Below, one piece after another: positions 38,252 to 47,847 of a stretch of 64,000 bases of DNA. This DNA comes from an uncultured delta proteobacterium. Its GTDB lineage: Bacteria; Desulfobacterota; Desulfobacteria; Desulfobacterales; JAFDCJ01. The stretch lies in contig CAVYNY010000010.1 of assembly GCA_963769935.1 (NCBI GenBank), positions 640,001 through 704,000 on the forward strand. Reading direction: 5' to 3'. The notes beneath the pieces are model-generated. The model made no database searches, had not been told where the DNA came from, and saw only the letters and a program-made list of their open reading frames with translations. A program made the translations under genes and the position numbers. Each line of letters begins with the position of its first letter. Within the stretch, counting starts at the first letter, position 1.

Positions 38252-39949
38252 ATGGCAGACTTGCAAAAGGTAAAGTCGCTGCTCAACGGGATATACGGCC
38301 CGCAAACCGGTAAGGCAGCCTTTGAGCGGATTCAGCCGATAATAGAAAAATTCCCGGTCCCAAAAAGAAAAAAACAGGAATTCTTCTCGCAGGAAGACAT
38401 CGTGCTGATCACCTACGGCGACTCGCTGAAAACAGCAGGACAAGCTCCGTTGGCCACGCTGCGCGAATTTGCCGGCAGTTACCTGAAGGGGGCTGTTACC
38501 ACGATTCACTTTTTGCCGTTTTTCCCCTATTCTTCCGATGATGGATTCTCGGTCATGGATTTTTTCGCAATTGACCCGGAACTGGGTTCCTGGGAGAATG
38601 TCCATGACATCGGGCGCGACTTTCAGCTCATGTTTGATTATGTGGTCAATCACTTCTCCTCCAAAAGCCGGTGGTTTGCCGACTATCTGGCGGATAAGGA
38701 GGGATTTGAAGACTTTGCGATTGAAGTTGATCCGTCATTAGATTTGTCCCTGGTAACCCGCCCGCGCTCTTTGCCCCTGCTGTCTGAATATAAAAAACAT
38801 GACGGACGCCGGGTTCATCTATGGACCACATTCAGCGCCGATCAGATTGATTTTAATTTTAAAAGCTTGAATGTGCTGGCAAAAATGATAGAAGTGCTGC
38901 TCTTTTATGTCCAACAGGGCGCAGCGATTTTAAGACAGGACGCCATCGCGTATCTATGGAAGGAAATCGGCACCACCTGCATCCATCTGCCGCAGACCCA
39001 CGCCATGGTCAAACTATTTCGCGCCATCCTGGACATTATCGCTCCGGATGTCATGATCCTGACGGAAACCAATGTTCCCCATCCAGAGAATATCCGCTAT
39101 TTCGGCAACGGTCGCGATGAGGCCCAGATGGTTTACAACTTTACCCTGCCGCCGCTGCTTTTCTATTCTTTTGTCAAAGAAGACGCCACCGCCCTGTCCG
39201 AGTGGGCCAAAGGACTTCAATTGCCATCCTCCAGCAACACGTTTTTCAACTTCACGGCCTCCCACGACGGCATCGGCGTCCGCCCCCTGGAGGGTATTCT
39301 GCCGCCACAGGAACTGGAGGCGCTGATCGGGGTCGTCAACACCAATGGCGGGCAAGTGTCTTATAAGAGAAATCCGGACGGCAGCGACAGCCCCTATGAA
39401 CTGAACATCACTTATGTGGATGCGGTTTTAGCCGACCAAAAATCCGACCGGGCGAATAAGTTTCTGGCATCCCAGGCCATTCAGTATGCCCTGCCCGGTG
39501 TGCCGGCCACCTATATCCACAGTCTGCTGGGCTCCCGCAACTGGACGGCAGGCGTTCAACAGACCGGCCGCGCCCGAACCGTAAACCGGGAAAAGCTGCA
39601 GGTGGAAGAAGTTATAAAAGAGTTGAACGATCCCCAATCATTCCGATCGCGAATTTTTTTCCCGTATATCAATTTAATCAAAACCCGCACAAAGCAGCCG
39701 GCTTTTCATCCGAATGCGGAGTTTGAAATACTGGAAATTGATCCCAGGGTATTTGCCATCCGGCGTTCTTCGAGTGAACAGACGGTCTTTGCGCTGACCA
39801 ATATATCTCCGGCGGAGGTCTGTCTGTCATTGTCGCAAAGCGGTGCATCCGGCCGCATGCAGGATCTCATTTCCGGCGCGGCGCTCAGATCGGCTTCATT
39901 TTCCTTAAAACCTTTCCAGTATGCCTGGTTGACGCCGGCAACTTCATAA
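38252..39949 (+). CDS. GH13_18 glycoside phosphorylase, probably glucosylglycerate phosphorylase (YcjM-like)
   Basis: LITYGD, HFLPFFPYSSDDGFSV, WTTFS.DQ.D, R.DA nucleophile, TETNVPH acid/base, SHDGIG, PYELN loop. Confidence 0.85.
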   Translation: MADLQKVKSLLNGIYGPQTGKAAFERIQPIIEKFPVPKRKKQEFFSQEDIVLITYGDSLKTAGQAPLATLREFAGSYLKGAVTTIHFLPFFPYSSDDGFSVMDFFAIDPELGSWENVHDIGRDFQLMFDYVVNHFSSKSRWFADYLADKEGFEDFAIEVDPSLDLSLVTRPRSLPLLSEYKKHDGRRVHLWTTFSADQIDFNFKSLNVLAKMIEVLLFYVQQGAAILRQDAIAYLWKEIGTTCIHLPQTHAMVKLFRAILDIIAPDVMILTETNVPHPENIRYFGNGRDEAQMVYNFTLPPLLFYSFVKEDATALSEWAKGLQLPSSSNTFFNFTASHDGIGVRPLEGILPPQELEALIGVVNTNGGQVSYKRNPDGSDSPYELNITYVDAVLADQKSDRANKFLASQAIQYALPGVPATYIHSLLGSRNWTAGVQQTGRARTVNREKLQVEEVIKELNDPQSFRSRIFFPYINLIKTRTKQPAFHPNAEFEILEIDPRVFAIRRSSSEQTVFALTNISPAEVCLSLSQSGASGRMQDLISGAALRSASFSLKPFQYAWLTPATS

Positions 39950-40007
39950 TATACTATTCAATTTTGATATTACACCCTGGCTTACATTTCAGGCAAAGAG
40001 GTAAGAA

Positions 40008-42134
40008 ATGACTGATTCCGCTGCATTACTGAAGAAAACCGGAGATGGATTCGGCACCTTAAGTGTATCGAGGAAATACATCGATTCGGCTTTAAAGTGG
40101 CTTGAGGTCTGGCTGACGGATCGTATATTCGAAGACTATGGTCCGCAAATCAGATATTTAATCGAGTCTGAAAAATGGGACTTCTTATTGGATTCCTTCT
40201 ATCAGGTCATTCCCTTCGGCACCGGCGGCCGCCGCGGATTGGTCGGCATCGGACCCAACCGCATCAATCCCTGGACCATCCAGGCATCGGCCCAGGGCCA
40301 TTCCCAGTATTTAATCAAGCAATTCGGTGAAGCGGCCAAAACAAGAGGCGTCGTCCTGGCCTTTGACGTGCGCCGATACACCCAGCGAGGGATATACGAT
40401 GACACCCGCCCGAATCCCGTCATGAATCTTGACGGTATTCACCTGGCCGAAGCCGCCGCCGCGGTGTATGCCGCCAATGCCATCCGGGTTTACATGTTTG
40501 CGAGCCCCCGCACTACGCCCGAACTCTCCTTTGCCATTCGCCATCTGAATGCTGTCTCCGGCGATATGTTCAGTGCCAGTCATAACCTGCCGACGGACAA
40601 CGGCAAAAAGGTTTACGATCATTTCGGCGGACAGCTGATCCCGCCCGATGATCAGAGTCTGGTCGATGAGGTTACGCAAAACGTTAAAGAGATTAAAATC
40701 ATTTCCATTGATGAAGCCAAGAACAAAGGGCTGCTGGAACTTATCGGTGAAGACGTTGACAACGCTTATTACGCGGCGGTTTGTCCGGTGTCCCTTTCGG
40801 AAGCCCGCGATGTGAAAATCGTTTATTCGCCATTGCACGGAACCGGCCGTACATCCGTGTATCCGGTTTTAAAGCAATTGGGTTTCGACGTCAGCCTTGA
40901 TCCGCAGACTTCCAATTTAAGCGGTGCCTTTGAAAATGTAACCTTTAATATACCGAACCCCGAGGTGGCCGAATCCTTCGACAAGTCACTGCCTTATGCG
41001 AAAAAAGTGGCTGCGGACATTTTAATCAGCACGGATCCGGACGCGGATAGAATCGGCGTCATGTTAAAGCATAAGGGTGCCTGGCAGTTTCTGACCGGCA
41101 ACGAAATCGGCATCATTCTGACGAACTATGCCATTTCAAAATATGCAGCAAAAAAACGTTTGAACCAAAACAGCGTGATTATAAAAACAGATGTCACGAC
41201 CTCCTTGATCGAAAAAATCGCCCGGGCACATGGGGTTCAATGCATCGGCGATTTATTGGTGGGTTTCAAATACATTGCCGATGTGATGAATAAAATTGAA
41301 GCAGAAGGCCGAATCGACGATTTTATCTTTGGCACCGAAGAAAGCCATGGATATCTGACCGGCAACTATGCCCGGGATAAAGATGCTGCCCCCCCTGCTG
41401 TCTGGCTGGCTGAACATGCCGCTGAGTTAAAAGAGCAGTCCAAGACCTTGCTGGATGATCTCAATGGCATTTACGCCCAATACGGCTACTGTCACAACTA
41501 TCTTACTGAAATCCGTTTATTGGGTGCCAAAGGCATGGAACAGATCAGCCGGATCATGGATCATATGAGAAATACGTCAATCGCTGCATTCGGCGGCTTC
41601 AGTGTCATTGAACGGTTTGATCGCTTTCAGGGGCAACCCCAACCGCATCTTTCCGAAACCGATACCTCGGCCAGAAATATGCTGGTATATTACTTCGCCA
41701 ACCTGCCGGCGACCTCCAGCATCCGGGTGACGGTAAGACCCTCAGGTACCGAGCCGAAAATAAAAATGTATTTCGAAGTCGTCGGAAAGCCCTGCAGCCT
41801 CCAAAGCCTGGGGGATGAGAAAAAGAGAATAAGCGATATCCGGCTCAAGCTGGAAAAGACGTTTATGCAATATTGCTATAAGCTGTTGAACGTGGAATTT
41901 CCGGACAGAGGATTTTTGCTATTCTGGCAGTTGCCCCTTGGTGCCAAGCTGAAGTATTTTGAAATCGAAGACAAAATCGCAAATTTAAAAAATATTTCCG
42001 ACCGGAAAGGCCGCCGGGAGCAGTTGGAGGAACTGGTGGGATTTCTGGGAGCAAATCCCGTTGAAAAAATCGACAAAGCATTCCAGGCCAAATATCAAAC
42101 AGGCGTTTTGAAATATCTGGATTTAGCAGGTTAA
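40008..42134 (+). CDS. Phosphoglucomutase/phosphomannomutase family protein with C-terminal extension
   Basis: FGTGG.RG, SASHN phospho-Ser, DPDADR, GFK, EESHG, RPSGTEPKIK.Y. Confidence 0.93.
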   Translation: MTDSAALLKKTGDGFGTLSVSRKYIDSALKWLEVWLTDRIFEDYGPQIRYLIESEKWDFLLDSFYQVIPFGTGGRRGLVGIGPNRINPWTIQASAQGHSQYLIKQFGEAAKTRGVVLAFDVRRYTQRGIYDDTRPNPVMNLDGIHLAEAAAAVYAANAIRVYMFASPRTTPELSFAIRHLNAVSGDMFSASHNLPTDNGKKVYDHFGGQLIPPDDQSLVDEVTQNVKEIKIISIDEAKNKGLLELIGEDVDNAYYAAVCPVSLSEARDVKIVYSPLHGTGRTSVYPVLKQLGFDVSLDPQTSNLSGAFENVTFNIPNPEVAESFDKSLPYAKKVAADILISTDPDADRIGVMLKHKGAWQFLTGNEIGIILTNYAISKYAAKKRLNQNSVIIKTDVTTSLIEKIARAHGVQCIGDLLVGFKYIADVMNKIEAEGRIDDFIFGTEESHGYLTGNYARDKDAAPPAVWLAEHAAELKEQSKTLLDDLNGIYAQYGYCHNYLTEIRLLGAKGMEQISRIMDHMRNTSIAAFGGFSVIERFDRFQGQPQPHLSETDTSARNMLVYYFANLPATSSIRVTVRPSGTEPKIKMYFEVVGKPCSLQSLGDEKKRISDIRLKLEKTFMQYCYKLLNVEFPDRGFLLFWQLPLGAKLKYFEIEDKIANLKNISDRKGRREQLEELVGFLGANPVEKIDKAFQAKYQTGVLKYLDLAG

Positions 42135-42425
42135 AATCGTTGGGATCGTTTTGTTCGTTGGATCGTTTGGATCGTTTTGATGGTTTGAGTCGTTTTGATG
42201 AGTTTGAGTCGTTTTAGGTTCCGGAAAAGATTTTTTTAGTCTAAATCAAATATTGATGGTTTCATAAAAAGTTCCGAACTCGTGGCCTTGGTGAAATATT
42301 GACAGAAAAGTGGAAAAACTGACCTTTTACATGACTATTAAAATCCGATAGAATCCCTTGTCAACGATCCCAACGATCCTAACTACCCAAACGATCTAAA
42401 CCATCTAAACCATCTAAACGAATTC
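42135..42425. repeat. Nonamer palindrome with a weak inner terminal-inverted-repeat element
   Basis: Left arm of GATCGTTTG-like units (42136-42216), right arm of AACGATCCC/AACCATCTA units (42362-42422); inner imperfect IR at 42253-42272 and 42322-42341. Confidence 0.8.
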
Positions 42426-42450
42426 TGTCATCTGAATACAAGGAGCACCC

Positions 42451-43884
42451 ATGGCCTTTCCCCCCAACAAGACCAAAATCGTCTGCACCATCGGACCGGC
42501 TTCGGATTCGCCGGCAACCCTGCAGGAAATGATTCAAGCCGGCATGAATGTGGCGCGGCTGAACTTTTCCCATGGTGATTTTCAAAGCCACCGGGAAACG
42601 ATTAAAAAAATACGGACCGCATCTGAAGCTGTCGGAAAACGGATCGCCATCATGGCGGACCTGCCGGGTCCCAAAATGAGAATCGGCGAGTTGGCGGAAG
42701 AACCCGTCGAATTAAAGGCCGGCGATCCTTTTACCCTCACAACCGAAGATATCGCCGGTGATGCCGCGCGCGTTTCGGTGAGCTTCGCCCGGCTTCCCAA
42801 AGCAGTGAAGCCGGGCGATCGATTGTTTCTGAATGACGGCTATATTCAGATAGAAGTAACGGAAGTAGAAGGTGCCGAGGTGCGCTGCAAGGTGATTGTG
42901 GGCGGACAGCTGCGTTCCCGCAAGGGCCTTAATCTGCCCGGCATCGATTTGGGGATCAGCGCTTTTACGGATCACGACCGTGAGTGCCTCAAATTTGCCC
43001 TGGAAAACGGGGTGGACGCCGTCAGCCAATCTTTTGTGGAAACCGCCGCAGACATCACCGCCGTGCGGCAAGCGGCGGCCGAGACGGGACAGTGACCCGT
43101 TTATTATCGCCAAAATCGAACGCGCCGGCGCTCGCAGTCATCTGAAAGCGATTCTGGAAGCCGCCGACGGCATCATGATCGCGCGCGGCGATTTGGGCGT
43201 GGAAATACCGATAGAGCAGATTGCAGTCGCCCAAAAGGATATTATGCGTGCAGGCCAATATGTGCGGCAAGCCCGTCATCACCGCCACCCAGATGCTGGA
43301 ATCCATGACCGGCAACCGTCGCCCCACCCGCGCGGAGGCCACCGACGTGGCCAACGCCATCCTGGACGGCACGGACTGCGTGATGCTCTCCGGCGAATCC
43401 GCCATGGGCCAGTACCCCGTGGAATCCGTATCCATGCTGTCACGAATTGCCGCCGCCATCGAGCCCTATCGCACGTCGATGTCGGTCAGAGAAGCACTTG
43501 CATTCCGATAGAGAAGAAGACAAAGTCAGGATGAAAGATCTGATTGCCATGAGCGTTGAAACCACCTTAAAGCGGATCACGCCGCCGACCGTCATTGTGC
43601 CCACTCACAGCGGTGCCACCGCCCGAAGCATAACCCGCTTCCGCCTGCCCGTCTGGATCACGGCCGTCAGCTCGCAAGCCAAGACCTGCCAGGATCTCAT
43701 GTTTTCCTACGGGGTCTTTCCTGTTTGTGAAAAGGAACATCCGGAGAACTGGAGAACCTGGACTAAAAACTGGCTCGCCAGCCAGGGCCTTGCCGGGGAT
43801 CTGGTGGTCCTGACCGAAGGACCGTCAGCCAGGCGTCCCGACCGCAATAATCGGATGGAAATTATCGATCTTACCAGGCAGTAA
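42451..43884 (+). pseudogene. pyk: Pyruvate kinase interrupted by three apparent +1 frameshifts (possibly sequencing errors)
   Basis: TKIVCTIGPAS, ARLNFSHG, DLPGPK in the first frame; IIAKIE and [13 protein letters not shown] in the second; [35 protein letters not shown] in the third; C-terminus back in the first frame. Confidence 0.9.
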
Positions 43885-43937
43885 TTTTTAAGCGTTGTTG
43901 AACGGATAAGGAAAAAAATAAATAGGAGATACCGGAC

Positions 43938-44333
43938 ATGACAAAACCAATGAAACTAAAGCAGCTGAGCTTTACGCTGCCCGACAGGATAGGCTTGCTT
44001 TCGGAGGTATCCGCATTTATCACGGCGGCCAAGATCAATATCGAAGCCATCTGCGCCTTCGGCATGGGTGAAGAAGGTTATTTCATGATCATCACCGACA
44101 ACAATGCCAAGGCCAAAAAGGTGCTTTCTCATATGGGGGTTGAGGTGAAAACCGAAGATGTCATTGCCGTGGAAGTGCCCAATAAAGTAGGGCAGCTGCA
44201 GCAGGCGGCCAGGAAAATTTCCGATGCCGGAGTCGCCATTGCCTATGTGTACGGAAGCCCCGTGAGACAGAAAATGACCCTTATCTTCAAGACGGCAGAT
44301 GACAAAAAAGCTTTGAAGGCGCTTGCCGGGTGA
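43938..44333 (+). CDS. Tandem ACT-domain protein
   Basis: QLS...PDR.G.L, INIEAI, V.NKVG.L, V.I.YVY; AGGAG RBS. Confidence 0.85.
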   Translation: MTKPMKLKQLSFTLPDRIGLLSEVSAFITAAKINIEAICAFGMGEEGYFMIITDNNAKAKKVLSHMGVEVKTEDVIAVEVPNKVGQLQQAARKISDAGVAIAYVYGSPVRQKMTLIFKTADDKKALKALAG

Positions 44334-44420
44334 GGGCGTTGCAATGTTTCGAATTGCCTTGGCGTTTGGCGCCAGCGTACCGGCAATTTATTGTCGATGC
44401 TGCCGAGTGCTTGGATTGTT

Positions 44421-44730
44421 ATTTCAGGTGTCAGCTGCTGTACGCAGCGGTTTGCCTGCCTTGGGAAGGTGATCAGTTTGATCGACATTGACCCATGCCT
44501 CATACTTTCAACCGTAGGTCATCCTCAGGAGCTTTGCACCGGATGTCTCATATGAAACTTCCTTAAATTCGATGCCATTTTTACGAAGTGTCTCACCGCT
44601 GAGAGCGCAGAGAGTGAAATTATTTAACTTTTCTTTCTCGGCGTTCTCCCACCGGGGCGTAGGCCCTATGGGCCAGAGGCGGCGGGCTCTGCGGTGAACT
44701 ATTATGTTTCTTTTTCGATCAGACCGGCCT
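44421..44730. mobile_element. Composite palindromic element, copy B (inverted relative to 36103-36591)
   Basis: TTTCAGGTGTCAGC (44422), GATCGACATT (44480), CTCATATGAAACT (44547), CACCGC...GCGGTG palindrome (44594-44696) and GTTTCTTTTTCGATCAGACCGGCC (44706) are reverse complements of copy A modules in the same order. Confidence 0.7.
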
Positions 44731-44734
44731 CACA

Positions 44735-45060
44735 CGCAAAGGCCTCTTTGATCCGCTCCGGAAACACGGCCCGGATAATACACCCCCCGCGCCACAGCCT
44801 GGTATATCGTTTTGAAGGCCGACCTTGGCGGCGATCCCCTGGAAGATGGACTTGACGTGGAGCCAGGCAGCGGCGGCACCACGGGCATGATGCTCGGACC
44901 ATGCCGCGCGCCTTCCTCCCCGCGGAAATGCCCGTGCCCATATAAAGGACGGCGCGCGAGGCGAGTTCCTTGAGCCTGCTTTCAGTTTCCAGATAATAGG
45001 AATTGCCGCCATCGATGATGATATCGCCTGCCTCCAGCAGAGGAGCGAACTGCCGGATCG
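44735..45060 (-). pseudogene. gnd: Degraded 6-phosphogluconate dehydrogenase fragment
   Basis: PLLEAGDIIIDGGNS...GTGIS, frameshifted AW.HVKSIFQGIAAKV, then a jump to WRGGCIIRA.F..RIKEAF; N-terminus, middle and C-terminus missing. Confidence 0.85.
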
Positions 45061-45191
45061 TCAAAAAAGAGCCGCATTCGACTTTACAATTAAGATATGA
45101 TGAATACATTGGCAGCATTATGAACCGGCGAGGCCGGAACCGAAATGTAATCTAACCGCCAAAAACACGAAGAAAAAAAGGGAGTGTAAAA

Positions 45192-46019
45192 ATGAAGTTT
45201 GCAAAAATTATTCTGGCTTCGATTCTGGTCCTCATCTTCTTTGCCGGCTGCGCCCAAATGCAGTCGGGATCATCCGGTAAATCCGTATCCCCCGTGCTCG
45301 ACCGCATCCAGCAAAGAGGAGAGTTGATCGTCGGCACCATGGGCAACATGCCGCCCCTGAACATGACATCCAAAGACGGAGAAATCTTCGGTCTCGAACC
45401 CGATCTGGCAGGAATGCTGGCCGGTGCGATGAAAGTCAAGGTGAAATTTGTCACCAAACCATTTTACGAATTGCTGCCGGCGCTGCAAAACGGTGAAGTC
45501 GACATGGTTATGTCCGGCATGACCATCACGCCCGAGCGCAACCTGAAGGCGGCGTTTGTCGGCCCCTACTTTATCTCGGGTAAAGCGTTTCTCACCAAAG
45601 TTAAAAACATTGCCTATGCCGAAGACGCCGAGGATGTCAACACTCCGAACACAAAAATAGTCGCTCTCAGAGACTCGACCAGCGAGGCCTTTGCCAAGAA
45701 ATTTCTGGACAAAACGACGCTGTTTACCACCGGAACTTATGATGAAGCCGTCGACATGGTTCTGAAGGACAAGGTCCAAGCCATGATAGCTGATTATCCC
45801 ATTTGCGTGGTCTCGGTCTTTCGTTACCCGGATGCCGGCCTGCTCTCGGTGGTCACCCAGCTGACCTATGAGCCCATCGGCATTGCACTTCCGCCCAATG
45901 ATCCGCTGCTGATCAACTGGGCCCAGAATGCACTGAATAATATTGAGGGCAGCGGGCAATTGGATGATCTGAAGCTTAAATGGTTTGCCGAAGGTGACTG
46001 GTTGAATAAATTGAAATAG
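45192..46019 (+). CDS. Polar amino-acid ABC transporter substrate-binding lipoprotein (family 3)
   Basis: Lipobox FAGC, LDRI..RGEL.VG, L.PAL..G.VD...SGMTITPERN, PY. Confidence 0.9.
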   Translation: MKFAKIILASILVLIFFAGCAQMQSGSSGKSVSPVLDRIQQRGELIVGTMGNMPPLNMTSKDGEIFGLEPDLAGMLAGAMKVKVKFVTKPFYELLPALQNGEVDMVMSGMTITPERNLKAAFVGPYFISGKAFLTKVKNIAYAEDAEDVNTPNTKIVALRDSTSEAFAKKFLDKTTLFTTGTYDEAVDMVLKDKVQAMIADYPICVVSVFRYPDAGLLSVVTQLTYEPIGIALPPNDPLLINWAQNALNNIEGSGQLDDLKLKWFAEGDWLNKLK

Positions 46020-46160
46020 GTTTGGATCGTTAAGATCGTCCCAGTTAAACAAAAGACAAAAAGGTTTAACCCCGATGAAATAAGGGCAACAGAGATTTCA
46101 TTGGGCAAGCGGGATAAATTTTGATGGTTTAGATGGTTAGAACGCTTAAGATCGTTTGGT
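46020..46160. repeat. REP-like hairpin containing a nested 40-bp hairpin insertion
   Basis: Same sequence as 37841-37898 but with CCCGATGAAATAAGGGCAACAGAGATTTCATTGGGCAAGC (46071-46110) inserted. Confidence 0.85.
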
Positions 46161-46290
46161 AAAGTAGTTGCAATAAATAATTGATATGACTTTATACAGC
46201 TCACATTTTGACATTTAAGATCAAACGTCAGCTTTTATAATTCAGGCCTGGCAGTTTATAGTTAGCGGATTAGTTAATCCGCAATCAAAT

Positions 46291-46872
46291 CTATTTCCCC
46301 ACAAACTCCCCGTTTTTAAACGTGCCTTCCTGTTTCCTGCCGTCAGGATAAATTAAAGTGCCCTGCCCGTTTTTTTCGCCGTCCTTAAATTCCCCGATGT
46401 ACTCGCGGCCATCGGGATAGGTCAGGGTGCCTTGACCGTTTCTTTCGCCATATTGAAATTGGCCGACATATTTGCGGCCGTCGGGATAGATCATGGTCCC
46501 CTGACCGTGGCGCTGGTCGCTTTTAAATTCTCCGATATACTTTCTGCCATCAGGATAGGTCATTGTCCCCTGCCCGTTTCGTTCGCGGAACATCCAGTGA
46601 CCCTCGTAAGTGGTGCCGTCGGACTGGGTAGAGGTGCCCTCTCGGATCTCGCCATCTTCCCAGACACCGACGATTTTTCGGCCGCCGGGCATCAGCAAAA
46701 CGCCCTCCCCGTTTCGGAAGCCATCTTTGAACCCTCCCGTATACGTGTGGCCGGTGGAATAGACCATGGTTCCCTTGCCGTTGACGCAATTCCCGGCGGT
46801 ACATTTGTCCTCGGCCGCAGCCAGCGGAACCAGGCAATAAATAAGCAGTATAACGATCAAAAATTTTTTCAT
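46291..46872 (-). CDS. Secreted MORN-repeat protein
   Basis: Signal peptide, C..GNC.NG.G, 6-7 repeats of G.GT..YPDG.KY.G.FK.G. Confidence 0.92.
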   Translation of the reverse strand: MKKFLIVILLIYCLVPLAAAEDKCTAGNCVNGKGTMVYSTGHTYTGGFKDGFRNGEGVLLMPGGRKIVGVWEDGEIREGTSTQSDGTTYEGHWMFRERNGQGTMTYPDGRKYIGEFKSDQRHGQGTMIYPDGRKYVGQFQYGERNGQGTLTYPDGREYIGEFKDGEKNGQGTLIYPDGRKQEGTFKNGEFVGK

Positions 46873-46899
46873 ATTATTCACCCCGCGAAAATTACAAAT

Positions 46900-47571
46900 T
46901 CAACGTGATCGGCGGGAAACATGCATTCCCACCAGCCAGGCCACAACGATCACCAGATACATCTGCCCGGTGATCGCTTCAAGAATTGCCAGGGAGCCGG
47001 CTTCTTGGGTCAGCGGCAGAACATCACCATAGCCCAGGGTGGTGATCGTAACACAACTGAAGTAAAGGAAATGAAAATAATCCGGCGTCTGACCCGCCGG
47101 ATATGAAAAAGAACCCCGATAAAAATACTCCAGAATCAGATATGCGAAGGCCCACGTTATCGCCATCAGCAAATAAACGACCACGGCGGCATAAATGACG
47201 TCTTTGGTGACCTCTTTCTCATTGAATATGAATCTTATCAGACAATTGATAGTAAAGCCGACGAACAGGATTCCGCAAATTTCACCGGCCGCCAGGATGT
47301 TGGCGTTTGCAAACCAATGATAAGACCAGATGCCGCCGAACATCGGAACAGCCAGCGCCAGCGAAATAAAAATATGCTTCCGTTTTTGACTGATGGCATG
47401 GATCGCCGCAATAAAAATAATCGTCAACAACATATCCGGGATATATCGGTAGTTGAAGATTCCGGTTAAGAGCGGCTTTCCGATTATCAAACATAGAATG
47501 GCGCCCAGCAAAAATATGAACCGGTTTTTTGAAAAAAATCCGGCCAAAGAAGCAAATCTCTTTTCACCCAT
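46900..47571 (-). CDS. Potassium-channel-family (Ion_trans_2) membrane protein
   Basis: Several TM helices, YFS.VT.TTLGYGD..P pore motif, EA..GQ.Y. Confidence 0.88.
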   Translation of the reverse strand: MGEKRFASLAGFFSKNRFIFLLGAILCLIIGKPLLTGIFNYRYIPDMLLTIIFIAAIHAISQKRKHIFISLALAVPMFGGIWSYHWFANANILAAGEICGILFVGFTINCLIRFIFNEKEVTKDVIYAAVVVYLLMAITWAFAYLILEYFYRGSFSYPAGQTPDYFHFLYFSCVTITTLGYGDVLPLTQEAGSLAILEAITGQMYLVIVVAWLVGMHVSRRSR

Positions 47572-47847
47572 CAGATTATCTTCGTAAAAAAAGTTCCGGC
47601 TCCGTAAGTTAAGGATCTGAAATGTCCCATTTAATGGCACCGTTATCGGTCAAAGGAATGTTATCGAACAACCGCAGCAAAAATCAAGAACAACCTGAAC
47701 GAGAGCCGCAAACTTAAAATTAATATAGCATCCCGGCACTTGTACCTCGTACCTCGCAACACATATCTCTTCGTCTCAGCTCCTTTACGCTCTGCTTTAT
47801 GGCGCAATGCCCTATGTTCATCCACCGCAACCTGCAACACGCCTCCG

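Noticed and set aside
42288..42306. Rex-like operator TGGTGAAATATTGACA upstream of pyk
   Set aside because: Only one half-site matches and it lies inside a repeat element
43093..43095. TGA in pyk as a selenocysteine or readthrough codon
   Set aside because: The conserved sequence continues in a different frame, so readthrough would not restore the protein
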